Below are positions 39,172 to 43,320 of a stretch of DNA of 43,320 bases, one piece after another. The stretch is taken from positions 1 through 43,320 of IMG/VR virus record IMGVR_UViG_3300037467_001254; one strand, written 5' to 3'. Origin of the DNA: a virus. Position numbers and translations under genes: made by a program. Numbering within the stretch: the first letter of the stretch is position 1; every line of letters begins with the position of its first letter. The notes beneath the pieces were generated by a model. It saw only the letters and a program-made list of their open reading frames with translations. It was not told the origin of the DNA and searched no databases.

Positions 39172-40976
39172 TGAACGCTATGCAATATTCCGGCGTTGTC
39201 GGTGCCGGGAAGGGCTGGACGACGGTCAGGACGCCGGACGGCGGCACCTATACCGTTAGCGGCACGCGCTCGACCCGCAACAATAACCCTGGCAACATCG
39301 AGTATGGGAATTTCGCCCGCGCACAGGGTGCTATCGGGACAGATGGCCGTTTTGCTGTTTTCCCGAGCCGTGAAGTTGGCTTCAAGGCGATGCAAAGCCT
39401 CGTGTTCGGCGGAAAGTATGCCGACCTGTCGCTGCGCCAAGCCATAGAGCGATACGCCCCGGCGTTCGAGAACAACCCTGCCGCGTATGCCGCTGCCGTC
39501 GCGAAAAAGGCCGGTGTGGCGCTCACAACCAAAATGAAGGATATCCCCGAGGAAGTTCGATCCTTGGTCGCGCAGGCAATGGCCGGCGTGGAGGGCCTTG
39601 GCAAGGCCGTCGTCACCGATATGGCGGGGAATATCGTCGGGCGCATCAACCCCGGTCAGGCCGTCGCCTCTCTCCCCGACGCCATGCAGGCCCCGCCGTC
39701 GAAGTATAGTGAAATCCCATCCGTTCCGGTAGCGCCTACGCCGCAGAGCATCCAGACAGCCATGCGGCTGGCGAACATCGATAACGCGCCATATGCGGCC
39801 CCGCTCGGGCCGGCTATCGGTCGCGCGCCGCTGGGCAACATTCCATCTGTTCCATCCCGCCCGGTTTCACCGACGCCGCCCACCGCGCTGGCATCTTTGA
39901 CCGCTCCAACGCCTTCCCCTTCGTTCGGGCTTGGGCTGGTCACGCCCGCTGCGGCATCCACTCTGTCCCCGCAGGATATGCGCGCCGCCGTCAATCTAGG
40001 CGCACTTCCCGCTGGGGGCACGATCCCCGGCGCAACAACCCCGTTGGGGCAGCCGCCGTCTTTCTCGTCGCCCATGATGATGGCAGCGGCCCCGACAGCA
40101 CCCACGCAGACGTTTTCGCCGCCTTCGGTCCCGGCCATGCCGTCGCGCCCGGTAACGCCTACGCCGCCGGCTGCGCTGGCGGCAATGAATGCACCTGCCG
40201 TTCCGTCATCGTTGATGGCCCCTGATGCGCTTGGCCCGTTGGCGTCCCTGTCCCCGCCCGATGCGGTCCAGCCGACGTTCGCACCAGCAGTGCCGGAAGC
40301 AATCGCGCCGGCCGTTCCGTCTGTCCCGGCTGCTGTCAGTCCGCCCGGCGCTCGGCAATCGGCCCCATCCGCACGCCCGTCTGTTCCTGCTATGGCGAGT
40401 GCTGCCGATGTCTATGGCGGCAAGGCGAATATCGGCATGGCCACGGATGGCAATATCGTCAGCCGTGACGCGCTCGGGCGCATGAGCGTGACCAACAAAT
40501 TCGGCGCGACCACCACGACGCTTCCGGGCGGCTGGGCGAGTGTGTCTTATGGTGGAGTTCCGTCCGCTCCGTCTGCACCACCTTCGGCTCCGAGCATTGC
40601 AGGCCCGTTGGGCGGGAATATCCCCTCGGTGCCCAGCACTGGTCTATTCGGCATCTCTCCGGCCAAGACGGAAACCGGCAATCTCGCAAGAGGGATTACC
40701 GGGGCCATGGCTGGAAGCGCCCTTGGCTCGCTCGTTGGGCCTATCGGCTCGTTGATTGGGGCGGCGCTCGGCAAGTCCATCGCTCAGGGCAAGAACCCGC
40801 TGGATGCCTTCACCCAGCAGAGGACGCCGGGCCTGAGCATGAACAGTTTCCCGACTGCCCCGAGCATGGCCGGAGCGCTTGGCGGAACGCAATCCAATCG
40901 CTCCATGGAAGGCATGAGAGGCATTTCGCCCGGTGCTGCGGCTGCAATCGGCCGCGGCCAAGGCGGCTTGTATTAA
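39171..40976 (+). CDS. Large virion protein with N-terminal NNPGNIEYG domain and Pro/Ala/Ser-rich repeat region (602 aa)
   Basis: GAAGG SD. At least six degenerate PSVP-type repeats. Gly-rich C-terminus. Confidence 0.6.
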   Translation: MNAMQYSGVVGAGKGWTTVRTPDGGTYTVSGTRSTRNNNPGNIEYGNFARAQGAIGTDGRFAVFPSREVGFKAMQSLVFGGKYADLSLRQAIERYAPAFENNPAAYAAAVAKKAGVALTTKMKDIPEEVRSLVAQAMAGVEGLGKAVVTDMAGNIVGRINPGQAVASLPDAMQAPPSKYSEIPSVPVAPTPQSIQTAMRLANIDNAPYAAPLGPAIGRAPLGNIPSVPSRPVSPTPPTALASLTAPTPSPSFGLGLVTPAAASTLSPQDMRAAVNLGALPAGGTIPGATTPLGQPPSFSSPMMMAAAPTAPTQTFSPPSVPAMPSRPVTPTPPAALAAMNAPAVPSSLMAPDALGPLASLSPPDAVQPTFAPAVPEAIAPAVPSVPAAVSPPGARQSAPSARPSVPAMASAADVYGGKANIGMATDGNIVSRDALGRMSVTNKFGATTTTLPGGWASVSYGGVPSAPSAPPSAPSIAGPLGGNIPSVPSTGLFGISPAKTETGNLARGITGAMAGSALGSLVGPIGSLIGAALGKSIAQGKNPLDAFTQQRTPGLSMNSFPTAPSMAGALGGTQSNRSMEGMRGISPGAAAAIGRGQGGLY

Positions 40977-40988
40977 GGAAGGAACACG

Positions 40989-41840
40989 ATGGCCGGCATC
41001 CTCGAATATTCAACGACCGCCGCGTCCAATACGACGCTCAACGGTATCGGCATCGCCGGGTCGAACTCGGTCAAGAACGGTGATGACGCGCTGCGCCAGT
41101 TGATGGCCGACGCGGCGTCTGCCGTTACCCAAGTCATCGACAAGAGCGCCAACTACACCGCTGTGAAGGCTGACTATCGGCAGATGATCCGGGCAACGGC
41201 CACGATGACGCTTAACCTGACGGTTGCCGCCACGCTCACGGCAGGCTGGTGCCTTTGGGTCAAGGCTGATGGTGGGGCGGTTACTGTCGACCCAGCCGGC
41301 ACGGAGAAGATAAACGGAGCGAACACGCTCACGCTTGTTGATGGGAGTGCGGCCTTTATCGTGTGCACCGGGACGGCGTTCCAGGCGATCATCTTCAACG
41401 CTGCCGCTACCCTTGGCGATGCGGCTTATCTCAACGTGGGGACCACGGCTGGCACGGTAGCGGCTGGCGATGACAGCCGTATCGTCGGGGCAGTCCAGAA
41501 GGATGGTTCGACCGGGCTAAAGGGATACACCGCCGCCGCTGCTGCTGACGACGGCAATATCGCTGGCACGACCTATGAGCCGAGCCCGCTTACCCTGAAC
41601 TGGCGCAAGGTTACCAATAACGGTGCAGGCACCTTCAAGGCTCCGACAACGGCCGGCTGCTACAGCATGACGGTGCGCATCATCAACACGGCGTCGGCCG
41701 GCGCTGTCACCTTCACTGGCTTCACTGCCGGGTTTCCAAAGGGCGATGCTCTGACCCTGAGCGCTACGGGCGTTTTCGACGTGTTCATCCAGAAGATGGA
41801 CAACCAATGCACGGCCAACATCGAGCAGGTGCTCGCATGA
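40989..41840 (+). CDS. Tail fibre-like protein (283 aa)
   Basis: Ala/Thr/Gly-rich beta-type sequence in the fibre cluster. Confidence 0.55.
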   Translation: MAGILEYSTTAASNTTLNGIGIAGSNSVKNGDDALRQLMADAASAVTQVIDKSANYTAVKADYRQMIRATATMTLNLTVAATLTAGWCLWVKADGGAVTVDPAGTEKINGANTLTLVDGSAAFIVCTGTAFQAIIFNAAATLGDAAYLNVGTTAGTVAAGDDSRIVGAVQKDGSTGLKGYTAAAAADDGNIAGTTYEPSPLTLNWRKVTNNGAGTFKAPTTAGCYSMTVRIINTASAGAVTFTGFTAGFPKGDALTLSATGVFDVFIQKMDNQCTANIEQVLA

Positions 41841-42538
41841 CGCAGGGCATCTTCATGCCGAACTACCGGCCGTTCATTCGCCGGGACATCTACACCACGG
41901 ATTTCCGCGAATACACGCTTGGCGTGCAGCCGGGCGACTGGACGAGCCGATATGCCACCACAGGATTTACCGCTACGGTGGAGACGGTGCCGGGATCGCT
42001 GTCCGGCCAAGCGTTGCGATGGACTAAGACTGCCGTCACACGACAGTTTCTGTCGTGGGATCGGGTGCCGCTTGCCGCCAACGTCGAAATCCTGTGCCGC
42101 TACCGGGCTATAGAGACGTGGGCTAACGGCGAAGCCTTTGCCTGGCTAATGGCGCGCGCCAGCGGCGGCGCTGGCACGGAAACCGGTTATCTGAACCGGA
42201 CTTATGGCCAGACCTCCAGCACTCGATGGGCCGTCGATTTCGGGATGTACAACGCTGGTACGTCCTCTAACCTCGGCAACAACCAGTTCGGCCCGTCGCC
42301 AAACTACGTCGTTAACGAGTGGGCGTGGTCGCGCTTCAACGTCTCGGGGACGACGCTTCGCCGCAAGGCGTGGCATTCGGCCGCCGCCGAACCGGCGACT
42401 TGGGCAGAAACCATCACCAACAGCACCATTACTGCCGCAGGCTGGACCGGCCTGTTCAACCCGCTGGCCAACCCTGACGTAGAAATCGATTTCTTCGGCG
42501 TTGGCCTCAACGGCCAGACCGTCCCGCTACCTGCGTAG
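41837..42538 (+). CDS. Tail fibre/receptor-binding module candidate (233 aa)
   Basis: ATGA overlap. Trp/Asn/Thr-rich lectin-like composition. Confidence 0.5.
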   Translation: MTQGIFMPNYRPFIRRDIYTTDFREYTLGVQPGDWTSRYATTGFTATVETVPGSLSGQALRWTKTAVTRQFLSWDRVPLAANVEILCRYRAIETWANGEAFAWLMARASGGAGTETGYLNRTYGQTSSTRWAVDFGMYNAGTSSNLGNNQFGPSPNYVVNEWAWSRFNVSGTTLRRKAWHSAAAEPATWAETITNSTITAAGWTGLFNPLANPDVEIDFFGVGLNGQTVPLPA

Positions 42539-42546
42539 GAGGCACC

Positions 42547-43005
42547 ATGCTCGCGCTCATCAACAACCAGGATGGAATTCTCTCCGTCGTGTCCGAAGGT
42601 GTCTGGCTGGACCTCCCGAACGGCGACAGGCTCTCGGCAACGGATGGCTGGTCAAACGGCACCTATCGCCTCGCGGAAATCCAGCAGGCCGAGCCGGTGC
42701 CCGATGGTAAGCAAGTCGCATCAACCTCCGTCGATCTGGTAGCCGGCGAGCCGCGCTATGTGCATGTTCTGGAAGACGCGGTACCGGTGCGCCTCTCGGT
42801 CCTCAAATCGACCGTCCAGCAGCGCATCATCGACGCCGGCAAGATGGCCGACGCCTACGCGGCCCTGACGGCTAATCCGGTCTATTTCGCGCGTTGGTTC
42901 GCGCCTGACCATCCCGTCGTTTACTGCGACGATCCCGATGCGGTTGGGCTGGTAACGGCCTTGGGGCTTGATCCAGAAATCATTCTCGCCGCTGCGGCTC
43001 TTTAA
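42547..43005 (+). CDS. Hypothetical protein in the fibre cluster (152 aa)
   Basis: Operon context. Confidence 0.55.
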   Translation: MLALINNQDGILSVVSEGVWLDLPNGDRLSATDGWSNGTYRLAEIQQAEPVPDGKQVASTSVDLVAGEPRYVHVLEDAVPVRLSVLKSTVQQRIIDAGKMADAYAALTANPVYFARWFAPDHPVVYCDDPDAVGLVTALGLDPEIILAAAAL

Positions 43006-43016
43006 GGAAATCCATC

Positions 43017-43320
43017 ATGCAAGGTTTCGGTCTAGGCCTTGGCCTGTCACAGAGAGGGCGGGGCGGGCGATACAGCCCCTCCATCCTCTTTGCCAACGGA
43101 GAGCAAGGCGGCTGGTACGATCCAAGCGACCTAACAACGCTGTTTCAGGATGCGGCAGGGACTACGCCTGTAACGGCGGATGGACAGCCAGTCGGCCTTG
43201 CGCTCGACAAGTCGAAGTGGGGCGGCAAGACGCTGGCGCAGGTGATCGCGGGGCAGCCGGAGCTTATTTCCAATGGCGAGCTAACGGCGAACACAAACGG
43301 TTGGACTGCTGTTAACTCCC
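43017..43320 (+). CDS. N-terminal part of the junction-spanning tail fibre-like gene (continues at 128..765 after collapsing the overlap)
   Basis: The ATG at 43017 (MQGFGLGLGLSQRG...) has no stop before the window end. In frame with 1..765. Confidence 0.75.
   Translation, partial: MQGFGLGLGLSQRGRGGRYSPSILFANGEQGGWYDPSDLTTLFQDAAGTTPVTADGQPVGLALDKSKWGGKTLAQVIAGQPELISNGELTANTNGWTAVNS
43194..43320 (+). repeat. Terminal overlap copy 2 (identical to 1..127)
   Basis: Direct comparison of both ends. Confidence 0.95.

Larger units (their letters stand above)
1..43193. mobile_element. Complete circular unit of a temperate phage (phage contig or excised prophage) with P22-like head module
   Basis: 1..127 is repeated exactly at 43194..43320, closing a 43,193-bp circle. 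Content is integrase+attP, CI/Cro switch, recombination genes, terminase, P22-type portal/scaffold/coat, ejection and fibre genes, lysis cassette. No host housekeeping genes. Confidence 0.85.

Noticed and set aside
1-43320. Search for CRISPR arrays, rRNA, complete tRNAs, IS elements, reverse transcriptase (retron/DGR) and toxin-antitoxin pairs of known type
   Set aside because: No repeat-spacer periodicity, rRNA-like sequence, transposase/RT motifs (for example YxDD) or recognisable toxin families were seen in any listed ORF.

Overview
The window is a complete, circularly closed temperate phage genome. The first 127 nt are repeated exactly at 43194..43320, giving a unit of about 43,193 bp. 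One tail-fibre-like gene spans the junction (43017 -> wrap -> 765).

Modules:
- Lysis cassette (1190..2862): lambda-R-like endolysin, holin, an embedded SLOG/DUF2493 gene, and overlapped i-/o-spanins.
- A leftward 4-gene moron (3252..4149) next to attP.
- attP (4323..4370), carrying the 3' 48 nt of a tRNA-Val(CAC), followed by a tyrosine integrase and Xis.
- A long leftward early operon (5670..14005) of tightly coupled genes, including ERF annealase, YqaJ exonuclease, NinB, HNH and a C5-methyltransferase-like protein.
- A lambda-like immunity switch (14158..15623): S24-peptidase CI, Cro, and TACG-N8-CGTA operators.
- A rightward early operon (15620..23027): GapR-like protein, lipoprotein, beta-class DNA methyltransferase, RusA, HNH, DUF1376, DnaA-domain-IV-like protein, and a NusG-like late regulator.
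- A late promoter, leader and terminator (23024..23166).
- Head genes: TerS-like, TerL, P22-type portal, scaffold and P22-type coat.
- Ejection-protein and fibre genes.

The roughly 60% G+C and families such as GapR/DUF2312 suggest an alphaproteobacterial (Rhizobiales-like) host; this is inference only.

No rRNA, complete tRNA, CRISPR array, IS element, reverse transcriptase or named defence system was recognised.

The most unusual loci:
1. A counter-oriented, AT-rich four-gene cassette (23289..24603) encoding a T5orf172 nuclease-HTH fusion plus a paralogous stand-alone HTH.
2. An ORF-free, heavily structured ~300-nt segment between cI and its terminator, the position held by rexAB in lambda.
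3. A promoter-equipped three-gene envelope-protein moron (38291..39122), antisense inside the ejection-protein module.
4. The SLOG gene inside the lysis cassette.
5. A C5-MTase-like protein lacking a SAM-binding region.
6. An integrase with Cys at the Arg-II catalytic position.

All functional calls rest on motifs read by eye; no database search was run.
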